64,000 nt of DNA from Bdellovibrionota bacterium (GCA_963668355.1 OY764265.1:2016001-2080000), one strand, 5' to 3'. Positions 20,068 through 31,064 are shown, counted from the first letter of the stretch. Notes: generated from the letters alone by a model not told the origin. Numbers and translations are program-made.

Positions 20068-20854
20068 GGATGGTTTCCCCTCCGTAGACGTATTGACCGG
20101 TTTCTACGTTTATTTTGAGCTTTTCGAGTTCCTGTGTCTCAATAAAAATGTCGGTTTGAGATCCATACGTAATGATCCCAAATTTTTCCCCTTTCGTGAC
20201 CTTTTGTCCGGGCTGGACCCAAGTTAAAATTTTCCCGACATCATAGTCAGCAATTCGCGTGATGTAACAACGAAAATCTCCATCCAGAACCAAGACTTCT
20301 CGCGCGCTTCGAAGAATGAAATCAGCTTCGTTGATGAGTTCTTCGTTTTCGATGCCCAACCAGCGTTCGAAAAAAACTTTCCCCGGAAGCAGAGCCGATA
20401 GAATGTGTTGACGCTCAAAGGTTCCCATTGAGAAGTGAGGACCGTTTACCCAGGTGCGCTGAGTGATCGTTCCCGAAAGGGGAACTCGCCCCAGATGGAC
20501 TGAGTGTCCCCCCATGAAAATGCCGATGAGAAGTCCTCCTTGGTTTTTCACTTCAGAAGTATGGAAGAATTCAATGAGAGGAATGGGGGTTCGGTTCTTG
20601 ATGACAATCGGGACCTGTCCGTTTTTAACTTCCTTGACGTAGAGGATTCGACCATCGGCAGGAGCAACAATATTGTCTCCAACGGGAGGCGTTCGAGGAG
20701 GATCTTTTACCATGCGAGTATAAAGATAATCTGTAACGAATGCCGTTCGGAGCGTGACCAAGAGTAATAATGCAAGAAAAGTACTCCAGGAAACCAAGAG
20801 CGTTGCCCATAGGCGCGTTTTTCTAGATGATTCTTGGGTCCTTTCGTTCTTCAT
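20048..20854 (-). CDS. psd: Phosphatidylserine decarboxylase family proenzyme
   Basis: KDPPR, IVAPADGRI, IGIFM...VH, and cleavage motif YGSQTD. C-terminal GETILA. Confidence 0.75.
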   Translation of the reverse strand: MKNERTQESSRKTRLWATLLVSWSTFLALLLLVTLRTAFVTDYLYTRMVKDPPRTPPVGDNIVAPADGRILYVKEVKNGQVPIVIKNRTPIPLIEFFHTSEVKNQGGLLIGIFMGGHSVHLGRVPLSGTITQRTWVNGPHFSMGTFERQHILSALLPGKVFFERWLGIENEELINEADFILRSAREVLVLDGDFRCYITRIADYDVGKILTWVQPGQKVTKGEKFGIITYGSQTDIFIETQELEKLKINVETGQYVYGGETILASYKK

Positions 20855-20865
20855 ACATGCAACAC

Positions 20866-22578
20866 TTAGGAAGTCTTCTTCTGTTGCATTTTACCCCAAC
20901 TGTCCCGTAAGCCCACGGTTTGATTGAATATGAGTTGCTCGGAAGTAGAGCTTAGATCTATGCAGAAATATCCTTGGCGCTCAAATTGAACTTGGGCTCC
21001 GGGGGACATCTTTTTGAGGCTAGGCTCGACTTTCGCGTTCGAGAGGACCTCCAAAGAGTTTGGATTTAGGTTGGCGAAGAAATCTTGTCCTTCTTCAACT
21101 TCATCCGGATTTTCTTTCCCAAAAAGTCGGTCATACAAATTTACGGTTGCTTCCTGAGCGTGGGGAACGGAAACCCAGTGTATTGTTCCTCGGACTTTGC
21201 GCCCATCTGGAGCATTTCCACCTCTCGTTTCGGGGTCATAGGTGCACCGCAGTTCAATGACATTTCCGTCTTCATCTTTGATGGCGTCATTGCAGGTGAT
21301 GAAATAGGCATAACGCAAGCGAACCTCGCGTCCCGGTCCGAGACGATGATATTTTTTGGGGGGATCGTCCATGTAGTCCGTCTCTTCAATGTAGAGTTCT
21401 CGGCTAAATGGAAGTGTGCGTGTCCCTGAATTCGGATCTGCAGGATTATTGATGGCTTCCAGCTCTTCCGTTTTTCCTTCAGGATAATTTTCAATCACAA
21501 CCTTGATGGGACGAAGCACACCCATCACACGATCGGCCTTTTTATTGAGATCTTCTCGGACATAGTGTTCCAATAATTGGATGTCTACGGTGCTATTGGC
21601 TTTGGCCACTCCGATGGCGGAACAAAAATTTCGTATCGACTCTGGGGTGTAGCCTCGTCTTCGAATGCCCGAAAGGGTGGGCATTCTGGGATCATCCCAA
21701 CCGCTCACTACTTTTTCTTGTACAAGCTTAAGCAAACGCCGCTTGCTTAATGTGGTGTAGGTAAGATTCAATCGAGCAAATTCAATTTGTTGAGGAGCAT
21801 GGATTTCAAGGTTTTGAACAAACCAATCGTACAATGGTCGATGGTCTTCAAACTCTAATGTGCAGACCGAATGGGTGATTCCTTCAATGGAATCGGACTG
21901 TCCGTGGGCAAAATCATACATGGGATATATGCACCACTTTTCTCCCGTTCGATGATGTTTGGCCCGAAGGATACGATACATGACAGGATCTCGCATATTG
22001 AGATTCCCAGATGCCATGTCAATTTTGGCGCGCAAGACCTTGGCCCCATCCGAGTACTCTCCGGACTTCATTCGGCGAAATAAATCCAAGTTTTCTTCTA
22101 CGCTTCGGTTTCGAAAAGGACTTTCTTTTCCGGGTTGGGTCATGGATCCACGATGTTCCCGAATTTCGCCAGCGGATAAGTCATCCACATACGCGAGACC
22201 TTTTTGAATGAGTTTTTCTGCATACGCATAGAGGGTGTCAAAGTAGTCCGACGCAAAAAACTCTCGTTCTTCCCAATCAAAACCCAACCATCGAACATCG
22301 GTTTTGATGGACTCAACATACTCGGCTTCTTCTTTGATGGGATTGGTGTCGTCAAACCTTAGATTGCATAATCCGTCATTGTCTTTGGCCAAGCCAAAAT
22401 TCAGACAAATGGATTTTGCGTGACCGAGGTGCAAATAACCGTTGGGCTCCGGAGGAAATCTCGTGTGGACTCTTCCATCAAACCGTCCGGAAGTGTTGTG
22501 TTCATTGATGATTGTTTGAACGAAGTTGGATGTTTTCTTCTCGGAAGAATTCACATCCTCTTTCTCGTTGTGTTTCAC
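20866..22578 (-). CDS. glnS: Glutamine--tRNA ligase
   Basis: [30 protein letters not shown] and [11 protein letters not shown] 22578 follows SD GAGGAG. Confidence 0.97.
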   Translation of the reverse strand: MKHNEKEDVNSSEKKTSNFVQTIINEHNTSGRFDGRVHTRFPPEPNGYLHLGHAKSICLNFGLAKDNDGLCNLRFDDTNPIKEEAEYVESIKTDVRWLGFDWEEREFFASDYFDTLYAYAEKLIQKGLAYVDDLSAGEIREHRGSMTQPGKESPFRNRSVEENLDLFRRMKSGEYSDGAKVLRAKIDMASGNLNMRDPVMYRILRAKHHRTGEKWCIYPMYDFAHGQSDSIEGITHSVCTLEFEDHRPLYDWFVQNLEIHAPQQIEFARLNLTYTTLSKRRLLKLVQEKVVSGWDDPRMPTLSGIRRRGYTPESIRNFCSAIGVAKANSTVDIQLLEHYVREDLNKKADRVMGVLRPIKVVIENYPEGKTEELEAINNPADPNSGTRTLPFSRELYIEETDYMDDPPKKYHRLGPGREVRLRYAYFITCNDAIKDEDGNVIELRCTYDPETRGGNAPDGRKVRGTIHWVSVPHAQEATVNLYDRLFGKENPDEVEEGQDFFANLNPNSLEVLSNAKVEPSLKKMSPGAQVQFERQGYFCIDLSSTSEQLIFNQTVGLRDSWGKMQQKKTS

Positions 22579-22606
22579 AAAAGTCTCCTCATAAAAAAAG
22601 CAATAT

Positions 22607-22623
22607 AGCAACTTGCTTGCCAA
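22607..22623 (-). promoter_or_regulatory. Sigma54 promoter upstream of glnS
   Basis: Minus strand reads TTGGCAAGCAAGTTGCT, about 30 nt before the glnS start. Confidence 0.7.
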
Positions 22624-22662
22624 GGAACAACGGTGAGAAGATAATTCAGAGGAGTCTTGTGG

Positions 22663-24207
22663 ATGAAATGTATCTTTGTTGCAATTCTGTTGATTGGACA
22701 GATGGCCGCTTCTTGCGCTTTGTGGGCCCAACCCTCAGAGGCCACTTTGACTATGGCGGTGCAGCACCTTGAGAAAAAGCAACCTGAGAAGGCTCGCGCA
22801 TTGTTACTTGCCTTTCTCCAGCGGGACCCAAAAAACGCTCTGGCTTGGTTCAATCTGGGCAATTCGGAGTTCATGCTGAAAAGGTATGAAAAGGCCTTGG
22901 TGGCCTACCGGAAAGTCATCCGACTTCATAGTTCCCTGTCTCCCGCAGCGGCTTTGTACATGGTGAAATGCTATCGAAAGTCTCTGAAGAGAGAGAAGGC
23001 GTCCCGCTTGGCGCAGAAGGTAAAGCTTTGGAAACTACTCCCCGGACTAAAGACGGCGCTGGTCGAGGAGATTCGACGCATTCAAGAAGCATTCATCGAA
23101 GCTGGACTTAGGAGTTATGAGTCCAAAAATTATTTGGACGCTTTAAAACAGGCAGATGGTGCACTGCTTCTCGGCCCATCCAGCGATGCCTCCACGCTTC
23201 GTGCACTGTCGCTTTTAAAACAAGGGGAAACTGAAAAAGCGCGAATGGCATTAACCCGAGCATCTAGAAACTCCAACGGAACTTCTCAGGCAGAGGCTCG
23301 GGAACTCATTTCTCAGATTGACCAGGGAAAATGGGCTTTGGGACAAAGGCCCTATTGGTTGTTTTTGGACCTGGGCGGGAGCTATAACACTAATTTGTTT
23401 GGAGACGGGGTGAATGAGTCCACCATCGGAAAGGGATCTTTTTCAGCAATTCTGGGAGGGGCTTATCGGTGGAAATTGGGAAAGGGTTTCTCTTTTCAGA
23501 TTTCGGACCTGATTTCGTGGGATGAAGTGCTGGATTTAACGAGTCTTCGTTGGATTCGAAACAGTCTTTTTACCGGTTTGGAGTGGAAGGATGCGCTTTG
23601 GGAGGTCTTGATTCGTCCGGGACTTCAATACGAAATTCTAGGAGCAGATTCTTTTTTAGTGAAACCCCAAGTTGGGTTTGATGTGAAGAGAGTGTATCCC
23701 GATTTTGAAGGAAAGCTTCAGTACTTATATCGACGAAACATTTCTGCTTCGGATGTGTACCGTTATCTGGATGGAAATGTTCATGAGGTGATTGCTTCGT
23801 GGGTCATATGCCCCTTTCGGTGGCGTCTAACCTTTTTGGGGAAATGGGTTTATGAAGGGATTGACGACTTGGCTTTGACGACCGGAACGTTGCCATTGAA
23901 AAATCAGGCTTATGGTCCCGGCATTCGATTTTTCTCGCCGATATTCACTTCTTGGACTTTCTCCGCACAGTTGCTTTATTTGAGAAAAAACTACTCGAAT
24001 GTTGAACAACCTAATTCTGTTTCAAGAGATGATCATGTGTTCTATCTCTTCGGAAAACTGTCAAAGAAGATCAGCTCTCACCTGGGATTGTTTGGTTCCA
24101 TCGAATTTACCAAAAATCAATCTACGTTGGATGCACGTTATTTGGACGACAAAAATTTTCAGCAATGGGTATTTATGGGGGGCCTTTCGTGGGATCTTCT
24201 TCCATAG
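22663..24207 (+). CDS. TPR plus outer-membrane beta-barrel protein
   Basis: Signal peptide, N-terminal TPRs ([10 protein letters not shown]), and an aromatic alternating beta-strand C-terminal half. SD GAGGAG. Confidence 0.65.
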   Translation: MKCIFVAILLIGQMAASCALWAQPSEATLTMAVQHLEKKQPEKARALLLAFLQRDPKNALAWFNLGNSEFMLKRYEKALVAYRKVIRLHSSLSPAAALYMVKCYRKSLKREKASRLAQKVKLWKLLPGLKTALVEEIRRIQEAFIEAGLRSYESKNYLDALKQADGALLLGPSSDASTLRALSLLKQGETEKARMALTRASRNSNGTSQAEARELISQIDQGKWALGQRPYWLFLDLGGSYNTNLFGDGVNESTIGKGSFSAILGGAYRWKLGKGFSFQISDLISWDEVLDLTSLRWIRNSLFTGLEWKDALWEVLIRPGLQYEILGADSFLVKPQVGFDVKRVYPDFEGKLQYLYRRNISASDVYRYLDGNVHEVIASWVICPFRWRLTFLGKWVYEGIDDLALTTGTLPLKNQAYGPGIRFFSPIFTSWTFSAQLLYLRKNYSNVEQPNSVSRDDHVFYLFGKLSKKISSHLGLFGSIEFTKNQSTLDARYLDDKNFQQWVFMGGLSWDLLP

Positions 24208-24725
24208 CGGAATTGGTTAAAAGGGCACAAAAGGGAAGTGAAGAAGCCATTTCAGACTTAATCTCTCTCTTCCAATTCGATCTATATCGATTCTGTGTCT
24301 ATCTAACGAAGACCCCTCACGAGGCAGAAGATCTGACCCAAGATGTTTTTCTAAAAGTATTGAAAAATATCAAGAAAGTGAAAAAGCCTGAGATGTTTAA
24401 GTCATGGTTGTTTCAATCTGCGAAGAATCTCTTCTTAGATCGATTGAAAGCAACGCAGGTTCGTCAAAAAGTGAGCCGTGAGAAGGTTGAACAAGCGATG
24501 GGTATTACGGAAGCCTCCAATCCGGAACGCGTTTTGGAGCTTCAGAAAACCCTGGAAAAGCTTGCCCCGGAAGATCGCTTGTTAATTCTTTTGGTGGATC
24601 AACAGGGCTATTCATATGGAGAGGTAGCGGACCTTTTTGGGCTGAGCGAGTCGGCTGTAACCTCTCGAATTTATAGGGTTCGTCAACACATCAGGAACGA
24701 TTTTGAAAAAAAAGAAAGGAATTAA
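24189..24725 (+). CDS. ECF RNA polymerase sigma factor
   Basis: Region 2 EAEDLTQDVFLK/FKSWLF and region 4 YSYGEVA..VTSRIYR. Start uncertain (24165/24189). Confidence 0.9.
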   Translation: MGSSSIAELVKRAQKGSEEAISDLISLFQFDLYRFCVYLTKTPHEAEDLTQDVFLKVLKNIKKVKKPEMFKSWLFQSAKNLFLDRLKATQVRQKVSREKVEQAMGITEASNPERVLELQKTLEKLAPEDRLLILLVDQQGYSYGEVADLFGLSESAVTSRIYRVRQHIRNDFEKKERN

Positions 24726-24752
24726 GACGTTCGGGCGTCTTATCTGCAGGAC

Positions 24753-25349
24753 ATGAAGGATCAGATTGACAGAGAAGGGCAGGATATTCGGAATCTCTTT
24801 TCGGAAGCGGAGGAATCATTGCAAGGACCTACTCCTTACATGCGTACGCGGATACTGGCGAATCTTCGAGAAGGCCGAGCCAACCAACGAACATTGTTGT
24901 GGAAACGGCTCGCTTTTTCGAGTCCGATCGTGAGTGCCATCGTTCTAGCTGTCGTTTTTTTGAATGGCTCTGAACCTGCGTTTCGAGCCTCCGTGAATGA
25001 AAAGGTGTTGGTTAAGGTGGAGGTTCAGGGCATGAAAGAAATGCCGGTCTCGTTTGCTGAGATTGAACTTCCAAGCAATGTGTTCTTCTATTCTGAAAAG
25101 TATCCAGAACTGGCTTCTCAAAAGCAGATCCGTTTGGCTTGGTCTTATGTCCAGGAGATGGGATCACTTCCCATCGTCATCCAGTCGAGGGATGCCGGGA
25201 TCAAGCCAGTTAAGGTGCGATTTTTAGATCACGATCTTAAGCTCGTGAAAGAAAGGGAAATCGCGATTCAGTTTGAAGCTCTCGTAAAACATGGGAGCTC
25301 GGCTTTTTTCAAGGAAAGTCCATTAAATGGAAAGGATGTTTGGATATGA
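24753..25349 (+). CDS. Putative anti-sigma factor (single TM)
   Basis: Directly follows the ECF gene. Short cytoplasmic N-terminus, one TM, periplasmic C-terminus. Confidence 0.6.
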   Translation: MKDQIDREGQDIRNLFSEAEESLQGPTPYMRTRILANLREGRANQRTLLWKRLAFSSPIVSAIVLAVVFLNGSEPAFRASVNEKVLVKVEVQGMKEMPVSFAEIELPSNVFFYSEKYPELASQKQIRLAWSYVQEMGSLPIVIQSRDAGIKPVKVRFLDHDLKLVKEREIAIQFEALVKHGSSAFFKESPLNGKDVWI

Positions 25350-25843
25350 AACGCAATTTATTTTTCACGATGACAGTGGTTGTCTTTTTGGCCTTTCCGG
25401 CCATGGTTTTGGCTGAAGATGAGGTGTTACCTGCGGGCACCGAAGACATTAAAGCTTTTGATCAAGCTCTTGAAAGAGATCGCATTCGTGAGCGTTCCAA
25501 GACCCATGCAGATGAAACAGGAAATGAAGTGGGCGACATGGTGCGTACACAAACGAGGACTCGCACCCGTAGCAAAGGGAATTTGAGTGACGCCGTTTCG
25601 GAAGAAGCGAAGAAGATGCAGAAAGCTGGAGATGTTGAGAAACAACAGATTCATGAACGTTTGCGAGAGCGGGTACGGGAACAAGTCAGCGAAGGCCAGG
25701 GAACCATGGAACGAACGCGAACCCGTTCAGACCTAGTGCCGGACGAAGAACAACAGCAACAGCTTCGCGATGGGTCGGGAAATGAGACTCAGGGAGAGGG
25801 TTCTAATCAAGGCTCCCACTCTGGAAATCAAAACGGTCGTTAG
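25346..25843 (+). CDS. Secreted low-complexity charged protein
   Basis: Signal peptide (AMVLA|ED), RER/RTR-rich body and a QQQQLRDGSG tail. Confidence 0.65.
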   Translation: MKRNLFFTMTVVVFLAFPAMVLAEDEVLPAGTEDIKAFDQALERDRIRERSKTHADETGNEVGDMVRTQTRTRTRSKGNLSDAVSEEAKKMQKAGDVEKQQIHERLRERVREQVSEGQGTMERTRTRSDLVPDEEQQQQLRDGSGNETQGEGSNQGSHSGNQNGR

Positions 25844-25868
25844 GCTAAAATAAAACGTGGCAATCGTT

Positions 25869-25899
25869 CAAAAGGCCATCCGAAAGGGATGGCCTTTTG
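25869..25899. terminator. Bidirectional intrinsic terminator
   Basis: CAAAAGGCCATCC-GAAAG-GGATGGCCTTTTG hairpin between convergent genes. Confidence 0.85.
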
Positions 25900-25913
25900 T
25901 TTTTGGACAAATT

Positions 25914-26630
25914 TCAATCGTTTAATAAAGCAAAAATCTTGTCTGCCAGTGTGGCAGCTCGAACGCGTAGCTCTTCTTTAGTGCAGCCTTGGCGTTCGGC
26001 CATGGTCTCTTCGTCGGCATATCCGAATTGCACCAGCTCTTGTAAGAATTTTTGATCCTGGGGGGCACATTTCGTCAGGAAGATACGAACTTCCATGGAT
26101 TTTGCTCGGCTTTTTGAAGCCGATTCGAGCAATGTGATGATTTGTTCGTAGGATGCTTCGCTCTCTTTGGCCTCTCGAACGACTTCATCTGGGTCTTCTT
26201 GAGGCTCTTCTTCGTCGTCGTCCTCCGGGAATCCCATAAATTTTTCCAACATGTTTTGGGCTTCTTCCGAGAGTTGAACTTGGGGCCATCCGTATTCATC
26301 TGTCCCCCAACTCATGACCCCTTGACCTGTAGCCGTGAGATATCGGTTGAGGACCAAGAGGAGAGGGGGGTTCTCCTTTGGACAACCAGGGCTTTCAAAG
26401 ATGATGGCGCTTTTACATTTTTTCAAGCGCTCCAAGATCGGCTTCTCCAGTTGGTTTTCCTCTTTGACGTCTTCGACCCAGGTTTCAGGATCTTCGACCC
26501 AGCCATCGGCGTTTAAAGAGGGCCTTCCTGGATTGGCTTCTTCATAGTCCACAATCCATTGTTGGATCTCATCCACAACCGCTTCTGCGGTCTTTTGGTT
26601 CTTTTCTGAAAGAAGGGTCCAGTAATTCAT
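25914..26630 (-). CDS. Acidic hypothetical protein, possible C-terminal HTH
   Basis: ATG 26630 follows AGGGG. C-terminal EETMAERQGCTKEELR is HTH-like. Confidence 0.55.
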   Translation of the reverse strand: MNYWTLLSEKNQKTAEAVVDEIQQWIVDYEEANPGRPSLNADGWVEDPETWVEDVKEENQLEKPILERLKKCKSAIIFESPGCPKENPPLLLVLNRYLTATGQGVMSWGTDEYGWPQVQLSEEAQNMLEKFMGFPEDDDEEEPQEDPDEVVREAKESEASYEQIITLLESASKSRAKSMEVRIFLTKCAPQDQKFLQELVQFGYADEETMAERQGCTKEELRVRAATLADKIFALLND

Positions 26631-26737
26631 GCGGCCCCTGCTACCATAGATGAGGCCTCTTTTCAAAAGCCTGCCTGAAATTTTGAGGGTCACGCAAGTG
26701 GCTGGTGGAATGTTGTGAATTTCGATAGGTTTAGATC

Positions 26738-27418
26738 ATGAGTGATTCTGACAGACGCGTTCATGTTCGTGTTCAAGTCGAAACCAAAGTTCGCGTATCC
26801 GCTCCAAATGGCGTTTTCGAAGGGCAGGTCCGCGACCTGTCCAAAGGTGGCGCAGGGATTTATTTGGATGAAGTGGTTGGAAAACAAGGAGATTCCATCG
26901 AGTTGTTTCTTCCCATAGAGGAAGGCGATGACATCGTTGTGATGGCCGAAATTCTTCGTGTGGTCTACACTTCTCGCGGAATCCTCCATGGGACGCGTTT
27001 TCAGATGGTCGAGCCTTCCATGAGAGAGAAACTCTTGGAATTGATTGAAAAATTGGTGAAAGAGGCGGGGGGAGGAAAAAGGAAACACGCCCGTCTTTCT
27101 CAACGCTTGCCCATTGAAGTCGATAACCTAAAAGATTTTAAGGCGAATATTGAAAATATATCCATGGGTGGCTTAGCCATGGTGGTTGAGGAGCCCCTTG
27201 TTTTGGATCAAGAGGTGGAGCTATCCATTCCCGACTTGGAGGGAAATGAACTTTTGGTGGTTAAGGGGCGTGTGATTCATCAAACCCAGCTTAGCGAAGA
27301 ATATGCTCAAGGTTGCCGGGTTGGGCTTGAGTTTGAAGAATTGTCTGCCGAAGATCGAACTCTATTGGCGAAGCTCTTGGTGGATATTCTACAAAAACAA
27401 GACGACGAAAAAAGCTAA
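26738..27418 (+). CDS. Tandem PilZ-domain protein
   Basis: Two sets of RxxxR / (D/N)xSxxG motifs: RVHVR..DLSKGG and RKHAR..NISMGG. Confidence 0.85.
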   Translation: MSDSDRRVHVRVQVETKVRVSAPNGVFEGQVRDLSKGGAGIYLDEVVGKQGDSIELFLPIEEGDDIVVMAEILRVVYTSRGILHGTRFQMVEPSMREKLLELIEKLVKEAGGGKRKHARLSQRLPIEVDNLKDFKANIENISMGGLAMVVEEPLVLDQEVELSIPDLEGNELLVVKGRVIHQTQLSEEYAQGCRVGLEFEELSAEDRTLLAKLLVDILQKQDDEKS

Positions 27419-27496
27419 ACCTAGTTAAGGGTTTGTTTCTGGGCATCTTTACGAAACCTTGATAAATCTACGATCTTAATATCTGTCGACTATCTG

Positions 27497-28978
27497 ATGG
27501 GGGAAATCATGCAGACAAGCAGCAGCTGGTTTGGACATCCACGCGGTCTTTCAACTCTTTTCTTTACCGAACTCTGGGAGCGCATGAGTTATTACGGAAT
27601 GCGCGCCTTGTTGGTTTTATTCATGACCGAGCAAATTGCAAGAGGTGGTTTGGGTATGAGCGTGGGTAAGGCGACGGCCATTTATGGTCTTTATACATTT
27701 GGCGTGTATGCCTTGGCTCTCCCTGGAGGGTGGATGGCTGACAAACTTCTTGGCCAGAGAAAGGCTGTACTGGTCGGAGGGATATTGATTGCTTGCGGGC
27801 ATTATACTTTGGCCATTCCAGCGCTTTTCGCCTTTTATTTGGGTCTAGGGCTGATTGTCTTGGGGACGGGCCTACTCAAACCCAATGTAAGTGCCATTGT
27901 CGGGGAACTATACCCGGAAGGTGGAGCGCGAAGAGATGCAGGATTCTCCATTTTCTATATGGGCATCAATATCGGCGCCATCATTGGTCCCTTTGCCTGT
28001 TCGACCCTCGGGGAGAAGGTCAATTGGCACTTAGGTTTTAGCGCGGCCGGAATCGGAATGACGTTGGGGTTGATTCAGTATGTGATCGGGCAAAAACACC
28101 TTCAAGGCATTGGAGACGTCAAAGATGAGGCGGCGGCTCCGGAGGCCCTGAAGCGTTCCTGGAAGTATTTCTTTTTTGGTGTGGCCGCCACAGTGTTTTT
28201 AACGTTTGTGGTTGCCGCTCTGAGTATGGCGGAAATCTTGCCGTTGACGTTGGTTGGATTTGTTCGAGCCACCGGCGTTTTGTTGGTGATTCTCGCCATT
28301 CTCTATTTTGCCTGGATCATTCTGTTTGTTTGTCAAAATCGGGATGAGCAGAAGCGCGTGGCCGCGATCGCGACCCTGTTCTTTGGGGCCGCCATGTTTT
28401 GGTCGGGCTTTGAGCAAGCCGGATCCTCCATGAACCTTTTCGCCCGAGATTTTACGAACCGCGTTTTTATGGGATGGGAAGTCCCGGTTGGATATTTCCA
28501 AAACATCAATCCTCTGTTCATTGTCATCTTGGCCCCTGTTGCGGGAAGCCTCTGGGTTCGACTTGGAAAGCGAAACCCTTCCATTCCCGCGAAGTTTGGC
28601 TATGGCCTTTTCTTATTGGCGGTTGGCTTCTTCGTTTTGGCTTGGGGTTCCATGCATGCCAGCGCAGAAAATCAAGTGGGGCCCATGTGGCTGATCGTAA
28701 CCTACTTTTTCCACACGGTGGGTGAACTTTGCTTAAGTCCCGTTGGCTTAAGTAGCATTACCAAACTTTCCCCCAAACGAATGGTGGGGCAAATGATGGG
28801 AACCTGGTTTTTGGGTGCGGCGTTGGGCAACCTGATTGCCGGATTGGTTGCGGGGTATTTGGAAACGTTGCCCACAAATCAATTGTTTTTTGTCGTGGCA
28901 TCCATCGCAGCAGGTACTGGATTTCTCTTCCTCCTCTTTTCGGCTCCCATTCGAAAGATGACCGGGGGGGTAACCTGA
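27497..28978 (+). CDS. POT-family di/tripeptide:H+ symporter (MFS)
   Basis: FGHPRGL, ELWERMSYYGMR and FSIFYMGINIG motifs. Confidence 0.93.
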   Translation: MGEIMQTSSSWFGHPRGLSTLFFTELWERMSYYGMRALLVLFMTEQIARGGLGMSVGKATAIYGLYTFGVYALALPGGWMADKLLGQRKAVLVGGILIACGHYTLAIPALFAFYLGLGLIVLGTGLLKPNVSAIVGELYPEGGARRDAGFSIFYMGINIGAIIGPFACSTLGEKVNWHLGFSAAGIGMTLGLIQYVIGQKHLQGIGDVKDEAAAPEALKRSWKYFFFGVAATVFLTFVVAALSMAEILPLTLVGFVRATGVLLVILAILYFAWIILFVCQNRDEQKRVAAIATLFFGAAMFWSGFEQAGSSMNLFARDFTNRVFMGWEVPVGYFQNINPLFIVILAPVAGSLWVRLGKRNPSIPAKFGYGLFLLAVGFFVLAWGSMHASAENQVGPMWLIVTYFFHTVGELCLSPVGLSSITKLSPKRMVGQMMGTWFLGAALGNLIAGLVAGYLETLPTNQLFFVVASIAAGTGFLFLLFSAPIRKMTGGVT

Positions 28979-28982
28979 TCCG

Positions 28983-29564
28983 TTATTGAGGTTGTTTTTT
29001 TTCGGGCGAATAAACGCGATCTGCCAGTCTCAATAAGTTGGAGCTGATGGACAAATGGGCCTGTTGGATGGCTTGCGTGTTGATGCTGAAACGGACACGC
29101 TTGTTTTGAATGAAGAGTTGGATCATGCCCCCTTCTTTTAGAAATTCGTCCGATTCTCCGACCGTCAGCGATTCCCGGTGCGTGAGGTCGTTGATCACAA
29201 AAGGTAGGTTCATCGTTTTTTTGGGGAAAAATAAGAGATGACACGAATTCGCACTTTCCGGAGTGCCTATCGTTTTTTCAAGGACGTGTTTGCCGCCGAT
29301 GCGTTGATCCTTCAAAAGCCTTTTTAGGTGTCCCTCGAAAGTATTTTCTCTGAAGTTACAGATCACAAAGGAGTTGTTTTTTTTAAGGGGAGATTTTTCT
29401 GGGTATGTCACAAATTTCAAAAAGTTGAACAGAAACGCGGCCTTCAGCTCTTGTTCCGAGACGGAACGCGCGAAAGAAAACGAGGGAAGGATCAATAGGA
29501 ATAAAAGCGCGCTTAGCTCCGCCTTGGAATGAGCGCGTCGAATTTTTCGCAATGGCAATCCCAT
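28983..29564 (-). CDS. YfiR/HmsC (DUF4154) family periplasmic protein
   Basis: ELKAAFLFNFLKFV, GGMIQL and ISSNLLRLA motifs. Confidence 0.85.
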   Translation of the reverse strand: MGLPLRKIRRAHSKAELSALLFLLILPSFSFARSVSEQELKAAFLFNFLKFVTYPEKSPLKKNNSFVICNFRENTFEGHLKRLLKDQRIGGKHVLEKTIGTPESANSCHLLFFPKKTMNLPFVINDLTHRESLTVGESDEFLKEGGMIQLFIQNKRVRFSINTQAIQQAHLSISSNLLRLADRVYSPEKKQPQ

Positions 29565-29740
29565 CCTATATTCGGGCTTTCGCTGGTTGTTGGGTAATCA
29601 TCACTCGCACTTCCCCCCAAGTGCTTTTGTTTCTAGAAAGTATTAAGTGAGTTTTAACAGTCGAGCATCAAAACACAAACAGATTTCGTTTCCAAGGGGG
29701 GGCACCCTTCGTGGGAGGCTTCAGAGAAAGAATCAAACGG

Positions 29741-30814
29741 TTAACCTGTTGTTTTTTTGGTGGAAAGTGTCTCTTCTGTTTTTTTCTCATTCCGGGGAGG
29801 CGTCGGGAGGGGAGGTCCTGGATTTACTTTCTTTTCAACGATGGGCCCTTTTCTTTGTGGGGGCTTTCGGGGGCCTCGGGGTCGGAAGGGTTTCCGCGGT
29901 TTGGTAGAGGCCTCACCCTCGGGAGATCCCGGTTTAGCATCGGTTCGGGGACGCCTTCCCCGAAAAGGTCTTCGGCGACGGCCTTGGTCTTCTTTTCTGT
30001 CTTCTCCAGGCTTTCCTTCTTTACGGGGGCGACGACTTCTTCCCTGCTTGTCGCGGCCTCGATCCTTTCGTTTCCGGTCCCGGCCTTTTCGTTCTCCTTT
30101 TCCTCTTTTCTCGGGTTCCGGTTTTTTGGGAAGGGAAAGGTATTCCGCGACATAAAAAAGATCGTCGATGTTTCTGCCACCCGCAGGCATTTTGTCCGTT
30201 TCTTTCTCGGGTTTTAGAACAACCACTTTTCGAAGGAATTTAATTCGCTTTCGATCAATGACGTCTAGGGCATTCATCACATATTGGATGCGCTCTTCTC
30301 TCCATTTGAAACGTTTTTCCATCTCCTGGGAAAAAGGTTCACGAATGGCTTCCAGCTTCTCTTTTCGTTCCTTTGCCCGGCGCTCGCGCTCTTCTTTTCG
30401 TTTCTGCTGAAGGAGTTCATATCGTTCATCCGCATTGAGAATCTTTTTTTCAGCCTTTTGCGGCGCTTCTTCAACGGAAGGGGACGGATCATTTTCTGGT
30501 TTGGATGTTTGCTCTTCCAAAGGTGGGTCTTGGAGCTCAACGTTAGAAGCATCTTCCTCAGTTACATTCGTTGTTTCTGAGGCTTCGTTGGGAATCTCTG
30601 GAGTCGAAGAGTCTTTCGCATCGACATTTTCATCTTTCTCAAAATCTTGAGAAGGAGGTTCGGTTTTCTTGTCATCCGTTTCAGAGGCAGGCTCCTCCGT
30701 TTGAGGGGTTGCAGAATCTTCGTTTGGCTTTTCCGTGTGACCTTTAAGCAGGTCACCTCGAACTTGGTAAGCTTCTCGTAATTCAATCCCAGATATTTGC
30801 GTCAACGTTTTCAT
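29741..30814 (-). CDS. Hypothetical protein with acidic middle and Arg/Lys/Pro-rich tail
   Basis: Long ORF with low-complexity segments. Likely ATG 30814 after GGAG. Confidence 0.6.
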   Translation of the reverse strand: MKTLTQISGIELREAYQVRGDLLKGHTEKPNEDSATPQTEEPASETDDKKTEPPSQDFEKDENVDAKDSSTPEIPNEASETTNVTEEDASNVELQDPPLEEQTSKPENDPSPSVEEAPQKAEKKILNADERYELLQQKRKEERERRAKERKEKLEAIREPFSQEMEKRFKWREERIQYVMNALDVIDRKRIKFLRKVVVLKPEKETDKMPAGGRNIDDLFYVAEYLSLPKKPEPEKRGKGERKGRDRKRKDRGRDKQGRSRRPRKEGKPGEDRKEDQGRRRRPFRGRRPRTDAKPGSPEGEASTKPRKPFRPRGPRKPPQRKGPIVEKKVNPGPPLPTPPRNEKKTEETLSTKKTTG

Positions 30815-31064
30815 TGAATATTTACTCCACAGTCCTTTCCTGCGTTTTCTACCTGATCGGAACTCAAAAGAAAACTCTCTCTGATCCAAAACTCTAAGAA
30901 CCGTTCCAGTGGTCATTTCTCTTGAAAGTTGGCTTCAAATTCTCTCCCACCGAGTCGCTTTTCGGCGAACTGCAAAGAGTTTCGAGAAGGCTCGAATCCC
31001 CCTTTTTTTGAGGAAAAAGGTCGCCATAAATATCAATAATATCAGCGACTTAAAATTTATCGCT

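Noticed and set aside
22579..22731. 51-aa N-terminal extension of GlnS
   Set aside because: It overlaps the promoter and the divergent gene. An SD-led GTG at 22578 is the likely start.
29711..30650. Multiple overlapping plus-strand ORFs
   Set aside because: Shadows of the low-complexity minus-strand gene.
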